Virus record (IMG/VR): IMGVR_UViG_3300005529_000026
Span: 30,357 to 94,356 of that record
Source: a virus
Direction: 5' to 3' (one strand)
Length of the DNA: 64,000 bases
Shown here: positions 38,698 through 48,890 of the stretch, piece by piece
Position numbering within the stretch: the stretch's first letter is position 1
Layout of the letters: each line of letters opens with the position of its first letter
The notes under the pieces: generated by a model
The model's input: the letters and a program-made list of their open reading frames with translations, nothing else
What the model was told of the DNA's origin: nothing
Database searches by the model: none
Translations under genes and position numbers: made by a program

Positions 38698-38953
38698 TGA
38701 GAAACTCCCATGTTGCGCTTGTAAATGTCCCGGTAAGCATCACGCGCCTTTCGCACCACTTCCGCGTATTCGCGTGAAGCTCGCTCTTGCTGTTCACGTT
38801 CGTCTTGAATGCACAGCATGCAACGGTATGTCGGGCTTCCAGCGAGTTGCGCAATGGATTCTTGCCAGTCCATTTCGCAGTCATGCACGGCACACCAGCC
38901 CATCTTTGCTAGCCGCCGCCTAGCCATGCCTGCGATAAGACGCTTAATTGAGT

Positions 38954-39220
38954 TCATTTGCCGAGAATCTCCTTCATATCCATACCTGTTCCATTGCACG
39001 GCTGGCAGACAGCCGTACTCCACAGCAGCACGAGCGGGTTAATGTCTAGAAACCAGATGCGGCCCTGTTTATCTACGGCGTTAGGATTGGGCCTAACCCA
39101 AGTCGGGTGCCCGCCCGTTGCGCCGTACTCGTCCGTCTCTCCGGTTTTGACAAAGCCGCCTGTGATTCCAGCCTCAACCTCGCCGCGCCCTTTGCACACA
39201 GGACAAATCGGCAACATCAT
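38954..39220 (-). CDS. DnaJ-type zinc-finger protein
   Basis: CPVCKGRG...CQPCNGTG. Confidence 0.6.
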   Translation of the reverse strand: MMLPICPVCKGRGEVEAGITGGFVKTGETDEYGATGGHPTWVRPNPNAVDKQGRIWFLDINPLVLLWSTAVCQPCNGTGMDMKEILGK

Positions 39221-40356
39221 TCGCCGTCTCTCCTGAAGGACTCGTCTTTTGTGCAGTTCGGTCTAATCATCTTCCAGATGGTCGCTGTGGGGTCGCCGCC
39301 GTCTAGCATTTGAAAGCAAATCGAGGCGTACTGCCGACTCTCTGGCTGGTTGAAGTGAAACGCACACGCCTTGCGGTGCAGCCGGGTGTCTCCGTTGTGT
39401 ACGGGTCGGTTGATGTAAACTTCGTGTGCCGTTTCTAGAATCCGGTGGTATTCGTGGTCGAGCTTGTCACGCCACTCCGTGAGCCAAGCACGGAAATGCT
39501 CTGGCATGGTCTCATCGTTAATCCAAACGCGAATCTGGTCGTCTTTGCCTTCGGACATCAACTCCCAAACCGCTCTAGGATTCACGCCCGTCACGATGCG
39601 GTGTAGTCGAACATAGTCCTCGAATTTCACCTTAACCTTGACGGGCGGGCATGACGAGCCACGCGAGTAGGTCAGCACATATCCTTCGCGCCCGGCTTCA
39701 TTTTCAGTGGCAACCTCAGACAATGATTTCGAGTAACGCTGAACGACACGGACACCATTTGCTTTGGCCCACTTCCACAGTTCTTCGTAACCCATTTCCG
39801 CCCCGGTTCGGATGTTCACCATTCCGGTCAGAATGCACGTCTCGAAGTCGTACTTGCACACGATGCGGTTTTCGTCGTAGATAATCTCGAACAGAGGCGT
39901 CCAGCCTTCAGGCCACACCATGAACGAAAATGGGATAGGTTCGCGCTTCGCACGCAGCCAGTTAGTCGCCCACTTCGCCTGCGGGGAAGTGAACGAGCCG
40001 CGAGTGGCTATGCCGACGTACTCGCCGTACTGGTAAAGAATTCCTAACGAGCCGTCTAGCTTTTCTAGAACCAAAGGCTGAACGTTAGGTAGATTCGCTT
40101 CCATCGTTTCGGGAATAGAAGCGGTGTTGAGGTTGTGGAATTTCTTGTACGGGCGTGCAATGACGTTCCCTTGCTTGTCTACAATTAGTCCACGGCAATA
40201 ATCAATTGTGCCGTCACCCCAAGTCCCATAAATCTGGGCGTAGGGCGTGTAGTTGTAGATTTCAAGAGGAAGTTCAGGATGCTGCTGAACGGAAATTAGC
40301 CCGTTATCAATGTGCTGCTTGAGAAGGTTAACATCGAGCAGTTGAGAGATGAGCAT
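39217..40356 (-). CDS. T4 Rnl1-type RNA ligase
   Basis: IYNYT, CRGLI, RPYKKFHN, EKLDGSL, TRGSF, FEII, REGYV, KVK..DY; likely start ATG 40356. Confidence 0.92.
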   Translation of the reverse strand: MLISQLLDVNLLKQHIDNGLISVQQHPELPLEIYNYTPYAQIYGTWGDGTIDYCRGLIVDKQGNVIARPYKKFHNLNTASIPETMEANLPNVQPLVLEKLDGSLGILYQYGEYVGIATRGSFTSPQAKWATNWLRAKREPIPFSFMVWPEGWTPLFEIIYDENRIVCKYDFETCILTGMVNIRTGAEMGYEELWKWAKANGVRVVQRYSKSLSEVATENEAGREGYVLTYSRGSSCPPVKVKVKFEDYVRLHRIVTGVNPRAVWELMSEGKDDQIRVWINDETMPEHFRAWLTEWRDKLDHEYHRILETAHEVYINRPVHNGDTRLHRKACAFHFNQPESRQYASICFQMLDGGDPTATIWKMIRPNCTKDESFRRDGE

Positions 40357-41210
40357 TTTGACCAATTCTCCGGCGCGGGCAGGGTCTTCTTGAGTTGAAG
40401 ACCTTCTTCCTTGGCACTGTCCATGTGCGCAATTTCTCTGACGGTATATTCCCGCCAGCACAGCGGGTGTCCGGTACGTGCAGGGCTTACAACTGAATCG
40501 AATTGCTTTGTCGTAAGGATGGTTTTCGCAACGAACGCAGCGGAGCCGTCTGACTGCGGGAATACTTCTCCCATTACTACGCCGTCGCGGTTGTGCCATG
40601 CCCAGCCACGCTCGCCGCAGTAGAGCAGGCGCATCGTCTCGCCCCCAACCGGGAAGCGGAATGCACGAGTACGCTGCTCTAGGCGTTTGTTCATGTGATT
40701 CGTGACGATGAACCTGATAAGTTGCATTTTGGCCCCCTAGCTCTGCCCAAATCCTTCCGCAGTCCACACCCAATGTAAAAGCTGGCGCGGTGTGCAGTTC
40801 AACGCTAAGCTATTGTCCACGGCAAGCGCCATGACGAAGCCGACAGGTAGAAGCACGGCTGCGATAGCGCGAAAGGGAAGACCGAGATAGCGACCGATGA
40901 TTTTGAGCACCTTCATTTCAGTTCCTCCAAGATGTGCCACACGAGACCATTTGCATCTTGCAATGTGGCAATGCAGTCGTAGGTTTTAGAGCTATCTCCG
41001 AACGGGACGCCGGTAAAGGCAACGATAATCACCCTAGGAACCGTTGGCTTGGCGTCGAAATCGTCTGGGTGAATCTCCCAAAGAATGAGATTGCCGCGCT
41101 GGATTTGAACGTCCAGCACGGCAGCCTTCGGGTGTAGTGGGAGAAGGTACGTTCCGACTTGAAACGGCAACTTGTGCTTGTGGATGACATTCTCAACGAT
41201 GCGCGACATT

Positions 41211-42161
41211 TTAGAAATTCCCTTCTGCAACTTGGTAGACCTTGACTCCATTTGCTCGCCACATATCAACAACACGTTGGCGGTCATCAATCACGAAGGC
41301 GATGCGCTCCTTCGGGAGTCGGTTTAGAATTTCTTGTTTCACCACGGTGTCGTCTCGCTTGTCGCCGCCCTTGCGCATGAAGATGTGGCGATATTTGACG
41401 CCGTACTTTTCTAGCCAAGTAGTTGTTTTGAACCCGGCCTTGTCCATCGGTCGTCCTGACACGATGACGACTTCGTATTCCTTGGACTCGCTTAGAGCTT
41501 TCACCCACTTCAGAACGGCTTCAATCGGTTCATCTTCGTTGCAGTGCTCGAAGAAAGCGTTCCAGTCTTTTTTTGCTCTGCCGGTGCCCCTGCAAGTAGG
41601 GCAGCGAGAATCTTGAGTGCCGCCGTTTCCGTTGCACGCTGTGCAAGGGCGTGACTCTACAAACTGTCTACGCGCCCGCACATCGGACAGGGTGCCATCC
41701 ATGTCCACCAAGACCAGTTGCTTGTCTACGGGAAAATGAAGCAGCCCATTGTCCAGCGCCATGCGCTCGATGACATGACGGCCCACCCGCGCTTTGCCTT
41801 CACGTTGCGCGTCCCGGCGAATCAGTTCCTCGATGCGAATATCTAGAAATGACGAGTCCATCACAAGAGGAACGCCGACACTCTGCGCTAGCTGATGCCA
41901 GCGCTCGCGGGTTCTGTGGTTCAGGTTGGTGTTGTCCACGACAACGCTCTTGCCAGCAGCTAGGGCTGACAATGCCCGGTCTTCAGCGATGCGGCGCACT
42001 TGCTTTTCGGTCTCGTGACTGAAACGATATTCAGGATTGAGTTCTAGCCGAATGTCGTCCCAATTGACGCGAACCCAACCCTCAGCTTCTAGATTCTTGG
42101 CTTCTGTTGATTTCCCTGATGCAGGAAGGCCGACAAGCAGCAACAGCACTTGCTTATTCAT
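41211..42161 (-). CDS. Polynucleotide kinase/3'-phosphatase (T4 PseT-like) with inserted Zn finger
   Basis: GLPASGKST kinase P-loop; DMDGT, SGR, K and DDR HAD motifs. Confidence 0.93.
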   Translation of the reverse strand: MNKQVLLLLVGLPASGKSTEAKNLEAEGWVRVNWDDIRLELNPEYRFSHETEKQVRRIAEDRALSALAAGKSVVVDNTNLNHRTRERWHQLAQSVGVPLVMDSSFLDIRIEELIRRDAQREGKARVGRHVIERMALDNGLLHFPVDKQLVLVDMDGTLSDVRARRQFVESRPCTACNGNGGTQDSRCPTCRGTGRAKKDWNAFFEHCNEDEPIEAVLKWVKALSESKEYEVVIVSGRPMDKAGFKTTTWLEKYGVKYRHIFMRKGGDKRDDTVVKQEILNRLPKERIAFVIDDRQRVVDMWRANGVKVYQVAEGNF

Positions 42162-43006
42162 TGTTGAAAGACTCCGCGAATGCCTGTGCGCGTTCCTTCA
42201 GATTAGGCGACTCGGCAAGGAACACAAGCTCGATTAACCATTCAAGACGTGCGGACAATTTCGGGTTACTCGGTCGCTCATAATCCGCCGACCGCCGTAG
42301 TCGCTGCATCACCTTAGCCAGTGCGGTGTTTGTGCTTTTCAACACGTTAGCCTCCTTGTTCTATTTGTTCTATTTGCTGTAGCCGCTGAATTGCCTCCGT
42401 CACCACGCGGCTATCTTCGTGCTGTCCCACAGAGCGGCATGTCATTTCAACTTTGAAAACCGCTTTGCATGACGAGTTATGGCACTCGGCCTGTGCGACT
42501 AGAGTGCCGATGGCACCTTCTCTCCAAGGTGCTCCTAGAACTAGGTCTTCGTTGCAGAACCAGCACTTCAATTTCTCGTCTCCTAGAAGGGTCAGTCGAG
42601 CAGAGTGATTGGGTAGTCGAGCTTGTACTTCATCGCAACGGCAAGCAATTCTTTCTTCCAATCCTCAACGGCGTACAGGTCATGCACACATTGAAGATTG
42701 TCTAAGAAACACCGCAGCGAATACTGTTCATCCAGCGTAAGATTGCTGCCATCCAGCCCTACGGCTTCCCATCCGAATCTCTGAATCAGTGCCGGAGCGG
42801 TGCATCCTTCCATATCGGGTTGATACTTGTCATCGGGGATAAGCGCACCGATGGCGCATTTCAGACCGCTATCGCTGCGATAGCGGCACTGCCCATCGGG
42901 GAGATTGGTGGTAACAGTCATTGACTTTTTCTGCTGCGAAAGCAGATGGTCGGTCACGCGATTAAACACTTGCTGTCGCAAATCGTAGAGAGTCAAAAAA
43001 GTCCTC

Positions 43007-44023
43007 CTAGGCTTCAACGGGAATCGGCGTGTAGCCGGTAGTGGGGATAATGACCTTCGGAACACGCGGTTTGTGCGGCTTTTTGCCGGATGCTTCTTCG
43101 GCTTTCAACTTAGCGGCCTTCTCAGCATCCTTCGCCGCCTTCTTTTCGAGTGTCAACTGCTTCATCCAGTTGAACGTCGCTAGAGCGCCTAGAAAGCCGG
43201 TGAAGTCAGCCTCAAACTCCTCGTGAGGCATGAACATCGTGTTGAACTTGCCGTCTTCCTTACCCATCTGAAGCAAGAGCCTCCCGTCATACTTCAGTTC
43301 GGGAAATTCCTCGCTCCGGGCATGTTGATACGCTGCAAGCTGTGCGCGGTATTCGTCATAAAGCGCCTTGCTAGATTTGAAGTCGCCCACGACAAACACG
43401 CGCTGCGTTCCAATGAACCAGCAGCTAGAGCACTCCGGGTCTCCGCAGCCGGTAAACCAGCCGTCCCAATCCATCGTTCCCGCGTAGTCATACATGCGGG
43501 AATAAACTTTGATTTCCGATGTCTTGGCGGTGAATTGATGCTTTTCCATCCAATCGAGCGCCGAGTTGATGCAGTTGACGGCCTTCTCGTTGTCAGGCAG
43601 CGCCGCCGTGAAGTGTTCGCCGCGAATTTGCGCGTGCAAACGGTCTTCTAGCCAACGATGCGCCATGTGTCCGATGTCTGTCGCTGTTTTGGAAATCTTG
43701 CGAAAGTTGAAGCGTGCTTCGTTGAACAGCGCTTCAAGCTGCTCTGCCGTGTAGGTTTCACCCGGCAGAATCTTCGTCCGCAGAAGGTTGCACGCCTCGT
43801 TCGCAGCCCACTGAGTCAACGGCCCGGATTTGTCAATCGTGGCCGTCACTGTGGTCGCGCCGGGGATAAGGATTCGGCCCTCTTTCGGGTCAACCCTGTA
43901 GTAGGCGTGCAACCTGTGGTCGTAATACAGAGTGACGGTGCCTTTGTAGAACGTCAGCACTTCGGCTTCGGAGTTGTCACCCTTCAGTAATTCGTCAAGG
44001 TCTAGAATTTCAGCCATGTCCAT
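43007..44023 (-). CDS. PD-(D/E)xK exonuclease (Cas4/RecB-like phage family)
   Basis: G..AH...E, YAGTMD, GDFKSS, QLAAY. Confidence 0.8.
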   Translation of the reverse strand: MDMAEILDLDELLKGDNSEAEVLTFYKGTVTLYYDHRLHAYYRVDPKEGRILIPGATTVTATIDKSGPLTQWAANEACNLLRTKILPGETYTAEQLEALFNEARFNFRKISKTATDIGHMAHRWLEDRLHAQIRGEHFTAALPDNEKAVNCINSALDWMEKHQFTAKTSEIKVYSRMYDYAGTMDWDGWFTGCGDPECSSCWFIGTQRVFVVGDFKSSKALYDEYRAQLAAYQHARSEEFPELKYDGRLLLQMGKEDGKFNTMFMPHEEFEADFTGFLGALATFNWMKQLTLEKKAAKDAEKAAKLKAEEASGKKPHKPRVPKVIIPTTGYTPIPVEA

Positions 44024-44427
44024 GTCCCCACTTCAGGGAGCGGTTAGTAATGCAGTCTGTGCAGCCGCAATTTTCGGGATGGCTGCAATTGGCTAGGTGC
44101 CTGTAGGCGAGGCGTGCGTGGCGCATCGCGTCTGAAAGACGCAGTTCGTCTTCGTCCAGCGCTTTCAAGAACGCTTCGCTATTTCCGCCGCTTTCCTCCA
44201 TGCGGTTGATGTCCTTGCGTAATTGCTCCCGCAGGGTAGTCAGGTCACCGATGACAAGCGCTAGCTTTTCTAGGTTTGTCACGCGGCTGCCGCCATTTGC
44301 ACGCAGTACGCGCTGCGTTGCAGGTGTTTGTGATGGCAGCCGTTGGAGAGGCAGTGATTGCGCCCGCAAAAGACGCAGAAGATGGTTTCTTCAACGTCAT
44401 AGCCACAGTTGTCACAGAGGTTGACTT

Positions 44428-45531
44428 CTACGCCTTGTTCCACCATTTTCCTCTCTCCTTTGCGGATGTTGGTTGCAGCGGAATTTCCGCTAATCTCTCG
44501 AAAACCGCCGATACTTCCGGCTTGATAAGCTCGCGTGTGAACCTGTATTCGCCTTTCTTGTAAGTCACCGCAACGATTTCGTTTGGCCCGGCTTGACCAG
44601 AAGAAGCTAGGCGAGCTAGAGGCTGAACAATCTTTCTCTCGATGACACGGTTCAGTTCTCGTCCGCCATATTCTGCGTTGTAACCCTCGTCCAGCAGGGC
44701 TTTCTTGGCTTCCTTCGAGAATGTGACAAGGAACCCTTTGCCAGATTTCAAAATCCGTTCCTGAACTTTCGCTAGTTCTAGTTCAAGGATTTGCTCGATA
44801 TCAGTCTTCGTCAGCGTGCGGAACACCACCATCTTGTCAATGCGATTCATAAACTCCGGCGAGAACTTGCGCTTCGCCGCAGCGATGGCGGTGCTTTCTA
44901 CTTGTGAGTGGTGGGCGTCGTCCGCAGCGAATGACTGCGTGCCGAAGCCAAACTGTGAGCCTTGCAGTTTCGCAATGTCACCAGCGCCGACATTGGAAGT
45001 CATAAAGATGAAGGTGCGGGAGAAGTCCACGCGACGGTTATCACCCATCGTGAGAGTGGCCTTGTCCATGATTCCCAACATCAACTTCCAAAGCGCATCG
45101 CTTGCTTTTTCGATTTCATCAAACAGCAGCAGAGAAACCTTCAAAGAATCGGTGTGCCAGCGGTCAAGCAGGTCTTGAGCTAACGCGGGGTGAGTCTCGC
45201 GGTGCCCTAGATAACCGGGCGGTGAGCCAATGAGCTTGCAGATTTCGTGGCTGTGCTGGAATTCTGAGCAATCAATTTTGAGCACTGCGCCGGGGTCGCC
45301 GTAGAAAGATTCCGCAACTGCTTCCACGAGGCGCGTCTTGCCGGTGCCGGTCGGCCCTAGGAACATCAAAGTTCCCAGCGGTCGGTTTGGCTTGTTCATC
45401 CCTGCCAAGTAGGTCTCGTACATCTCAACCATGCGAGTAACGGCTTCGTCTTGGCCGATAACCCGCGCATGCAGGTCGGCTTCTAGCTTCAGGGCTGACT
45501 CGCTGCGAATGTTGGGATTAAGAATTTCCAT
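44428..45531 (-). CDS. Stand-alone ClpA/ClpB D2-type AAA+ ATPase
   Basis: VIGQDEA, GPTGTGKT, LIGSPPGYLG, LLFDEIEKA, PEFMNRID, YGGREL; no N or D1 domain. Confidence 0.9.
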   Translation of the reverse strand: MEILNPNIRSESALKLEADLHARVIGQDEAVTRMVEMYETYLAGMNKPNRPLGTLMFLGPTGTGKTRLVEAVAESFYGDPGAVLKIDCSEFQHSHEICKLIGSPPGYLGHRETHPALAQDLLDRWHTDSLKVSLLLFDEIEKASDALWKLMLGIMDKATLTMGDNRRVDFSRTFIFMTSNVGAGDIAKLQGSQFGFGTQSFAADDAHHSQVESTAIAAAKRKFSPEFMNRIDKMVVFRTLTKTDIEQILELELAKVQERILKSGKGFLVTFSKEAKKALLDEGYNAEYGGRELNRVIERKIVQPLARLASSGQAGPNEIVAVTYKKGEYRFTRELIKPEVSAVFERLAEIPLQPTSAKERGKWWNKA

Positions 45532-45789
45532 GAGTCCGGGGTCTTTATCCTTTTGAAAAGAAATTGGGGGCGTGCTGTTACGCCAAAGTTCATCTCATGT
45601 AGAGAGGCGCTTCTTACTCGCCAGCGAATACGGTCAAGCCTTCCGCCACATCGGGACACCGATGCAGATATACGGTTGTAGCTGCGGCCTTGCGCGTGTT
45701 GGCTCCTCGTTCGCCTTATAGACCGTTCGCGGAACACTCATTAAAGATGGCTGCTTCTAAGCCCACTGCCCCCGTTTTTGCTGTTAGTG

Positions 45790-46197
45790 CTAGTGCTTCT
45801 TGGAGCGAGCCGCTGCACGCATAGCCTTCGCTTTGACGGTGCGCGTGCGCTTCGTCACGGCTGTTGCCCAGCGGCGAATGATGCGCGTGTAGTACCGGCT
45901 GAATTCCTGACAGCCGATGCTGAGCCTTCCTCTTTCCATGTAGCTGAAGTGACCTGTTTCCATGTAGCTGAAGTGACCGTACGTCTGAGGACGGATGCGG
46001 CTGTATACATACGTCACAGTCGCGTCTGCTCCGTTGGTGCGGAAGTTCTTGTTGTTGAGTAGCTTGCGAACGGCAGTACGAGTGATGTAGCGACGAGCAG
46101 AAGCGTCGTTTTTGCTGTACTGCATATCCGTGAGGCGGTTCTTGCTCAGAGCGAACTCGTCGCCGTTGGTGTTCTTGATTGTGGTTGACGATGCCAT
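45790..46197 (-). CDS. Basic hypothetical protein with a 24-bp internal tandem duplication
   Basis: GHFSYME repeated twice (45933-45978). Confidence 0.6.
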   Translation of the reverse strand: MASSTTIKNTNGDEFALSKNRLTDMQYSKNDASARRYITRTAVRKLLNNKNFRTNGADATVTYVYSRIRPQTYGHFSYMETGHFSYMERGRLSIGCQEFSRYYTRIIRRWATAVTKRTRTVKAKAMRAAARSKKH

Positions 46198-46461
46198 CGT
46201 CTTTGTTGTCTACCTCTTTTCTAGATTTGACTTTCGTTGGCCCCTAGTGCTTTTTGGTGCGAGCCGCTGCACGCATCACTTTTGTTTTGCGGCGTGTAAC
46301 TGTCTCTTTCTTCACGGCCTTCTTCATGGCCCACTTGCAAATAATTTCAGTGGTTGCCGGAGTAAACTGCTTGCACCCGATGTGGAGCTTCCTTCGCCAG
46401 ATGTAGCCACGGAACGTTGCTGCTCCGTTTGTGTGAACGGTGACTAGGATTACGGCTCCGT

Positions 46462-46950
46462 CTTGGCTTCTCGCTGGGCAAGCTCATTCAGCGAGCGATA
46501 GAGGATGAAGAAATGACTGGCGAAGCAGCGCAGCAGCTTGCCTCGCCAGTCGTGGCGTGATGTCGGTTGTCAACGAGCGGTCTTGCTGGCCGCCTGAGCA
46601 GCCGAAAAACATTTATTTGCGGCGTCCATCAACTGCTAGGACGTGCTCGAAAGCTGAGATGAATTCGGCATCCGGTCGCGCAATGCGCAAGCAGATGCGG
46701 AGAACCTGAGACTGGGAAGCAAAGTGGCCGCGAGCCGCTAGCGCCCGGCGTAGTCTGTCGAGACGCTGCAAGTCCTCATCGTGCAGCCAGCAGTTGATTG
46801 GCTTACCGCGCTTCGGCGTCTTGTCGGATGTCCGTTTCGCCTTCACTGAATTGCCTCCTGCACAGTCTGCGCAGACTGACTGTAACGGAGAATGCGGCCC
46901 ACAGTTGCCGGATACCAGCGCGGCCCTTGCCGGGGCTTGCGCCCCTTGGC
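46462..46950. mobile_element. Small insertion flanked by GCCAAG direct repeats
   Basis: CTTGGC at 46462-46467 and 46945-46950; hairpins near both ends; carries one small ORF. Confidence 0.6.
46613..46846 (-). CDS. Ribbon-helix-helix-like DNA-binding protein inside the insertion
   Basis: GGAGG RBS plus GTG; KPINCWL.DED...LD.L...SQSQVLR..L. Confidence 0.55.
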   Translation of the reverse strand: MKAKRTSDKTPKRGKPINCWLHDEDLQRLDRLRRALAARGHFASQSQVLRICLRIARPDAEFISAFEHVLAVDGRRK

Positions 46951-47109
46951 GCTTGCGGTCGAAGATTCGCCTGACTTCGGAGCGAGTGATGTACCGATGA
47001 AAGATGCCTCCTATGTCAGTCAAGCGATGCTTGCTGAGACGATACTTGGCTCCCCATTGGTCTTTGATTGTGATGAGTGACGAACGTGCCATTTTTCGTT
47101 GCCTTCCTT

Positions 47110-47793
47110 CTAAGCTGTGGTTTGCGTTTCTTGGCCCACTTGCTCCGCGATGATGGTGCTAGTAGTAGGCACTTCATCTTTCTGCTCGCGGTACTGCGCC
47201 CATCGCTGTTTCTGCGCTTCGCTGATTGCTCGATGGCCTTCTTCTGACATCTCATGTGCGGCTAGTGCGTCGTCAACTTCGTCTTCAAACGCCTCGGACA
47301 GGTGAAAACCAAGGTCGCTGCTGCGCTCGTCGCGCTCTAGCTGACTGCTCTCTCCGGCTGCCAATTCATACGCTTCATTTGGAGCGGCCAACTGATTCAA
47401 CCGGGCAACGGCCCGTTCCATTTCGCGGTCGCCATCTAGGTATGAAATTTCGATGATGCCTTCTTTCGTCGCTTGGTCGAAGCGTCGTATGCGCGGAACG
47501 TCGCCAGCAGCTTCTAGGCACGGCACACATTCGGTCGCGCTTGGCATTGCTTGAAGTCGTTTTTCAGGGATTTGCTTTCCGCAGATTGTGCAGAGTTTAT
47601 GGGGTGTGCTACCGGCGTTATTTCCACCGGCAGCACTCCCGGTTGAGTCGCCTCGTGAAGCTAACAAGTTACGTCTCGCTGATTTGGATTGAACACCAAG
47701 GCTGCCTGTGTGGTGGTTCCCACAGCCGTGTTCCCGGCAACCTACCCGAAACACAACCGTGCCCCCGCGTTCGTCCGAACTACTTATTCCCAA
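47110..47793 (-). CDS. TraR/DksA C4 zinc-finger protein
   Basis: CTICGKQIPEKRLQAMPSATECVPC; start uncertain. Confidence 0.75.
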   Translation of the reverse strand: MGISSSDERGGTVVFRVGCREHGCGNHHTGSLGVQSKSARRNLLASRGDSTGSAAGGNNAGSTPHKLCTICGKQIPEKRLQAMPSATECVPCLEAAGDVPRIRRFDQATKEGIIEISYLDGDREMERAVARLNQLAAPNEAYELAAGESSQLERDERSSDLGFHLSEAFEDEVDDALAAHEMSEEGHRAISEAQKQRWAQYREQKDEVPTTSTIIAEQVGQETQTTA

Positions 47794-48890
47794 CGCAGCA
47801 AAACGCTAGAAACACCGGGTTGGGACTAACTGATGAGGCAGTTAACCTATGCAGATGCAGGTGCGAATGGCTGGTGAATGTCATGCAGGCTTATCCTCAG
47901 TTTTCGGAGGAAGAAAATTTCGGCCCGCCTCTATCCCATAATGCAGAGGGTGTTACAGGAGTCTCTCACTGAGCGGTGTTCTCCATCATCATGCTCAGTA
48001 ATGAGCTTACAGTGAAGACAATACAATTACCCGGCATCGCGTGTCAAGCAATTTTATTGCTTGTGTTCTGAGGAGGTTACGAGGGTTTTTGCTGGCGTTT
48101 GGCTTTTTTCTTGGATTGGTATTTCAGGAACTCGTACGGAGCGCCAGCGAGGAAACTAGGCACGTTAGAAGGAGTCTGCAAAGAGCCGGTGACTTGCACC
48201 CAACTCGCTTGCATGGAAATCTTGGTGCCTTTTACGTACATGCGGATTCCTTCGGCGCTGAATTCTGCGATGACCGGCGCATCTACGCCGTACACGCGAA
48301 TCTCTCGCTTCAGGACTTGGTTCTCTTTGAACTTAGTCGCCATTTTCAACCTTTTCAAAAAACAGGCCAGAGAATTCTTGATGCCCTTCTTGTGTCATCA
48401 CCACTACCCATTGCGGATGCCCAGTTGAAGCTAGGTGGTCATATTGATTTTCGTTGTGAACTTGGGAAACACAGTTTTGTGCGACACAAAACACCCCGTC
48501 TTAGATATTTCTCTCCAACTCACTTTCGAGCCGCTGAACCTGTGCGGTCACCGGGAGAAGGACTTCGTTCGCTAGAATGCTGAGCACCTTGCCGACAGCG
48601 CTTAATGGTGCTGTAAGAATTTGCAGCAGTGCTGCGCCCAGAATGGCAAGGATGCGCAGCCCGATTGAGACAGGCTTAATCATGTGAATTTTCCTCGGTT
48701 GTAAAAGTTGAGAATTACTGCGGCTGGTAGTCTTGGTACAGTGCTAAGTGGTCAGCACACAAGGCATTGCCGGAATAAATGGTGATGGAGTCCGGTGCTT
48801 TCTCAAAAGCTAGCTCCCAAGTATTCGCGTCAACATAGCCCATGCGCCGCTTGGCTTCACGTAGCGTTTTTTGTAGGCAGAATGCGCACT

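Larger units (their letters stand above)
46244..47092 (-). pseudogene. Paralogue of 45790..46197 interrupted by a 483-bp insertion
   Basis: N-terminal LSKHRLTD..RYITR and orphan C-terminal IGCKQF...MRAAARTKKH rejoin in frame when the insert is removed. Confidence 0.7.

Noticed and set aside
40357-40773. N-terminal extension of the Rnl1 ORF in the track
   Set aside because: It overlaps another plausible gene and is not ligase-like; the start is more likely 40356.
45933-45978. Diversity-generating repeat
   Set aside because: Simple 24-bp in-frame tandem duplication; no reverse transcriptase or adenine-specific variation.
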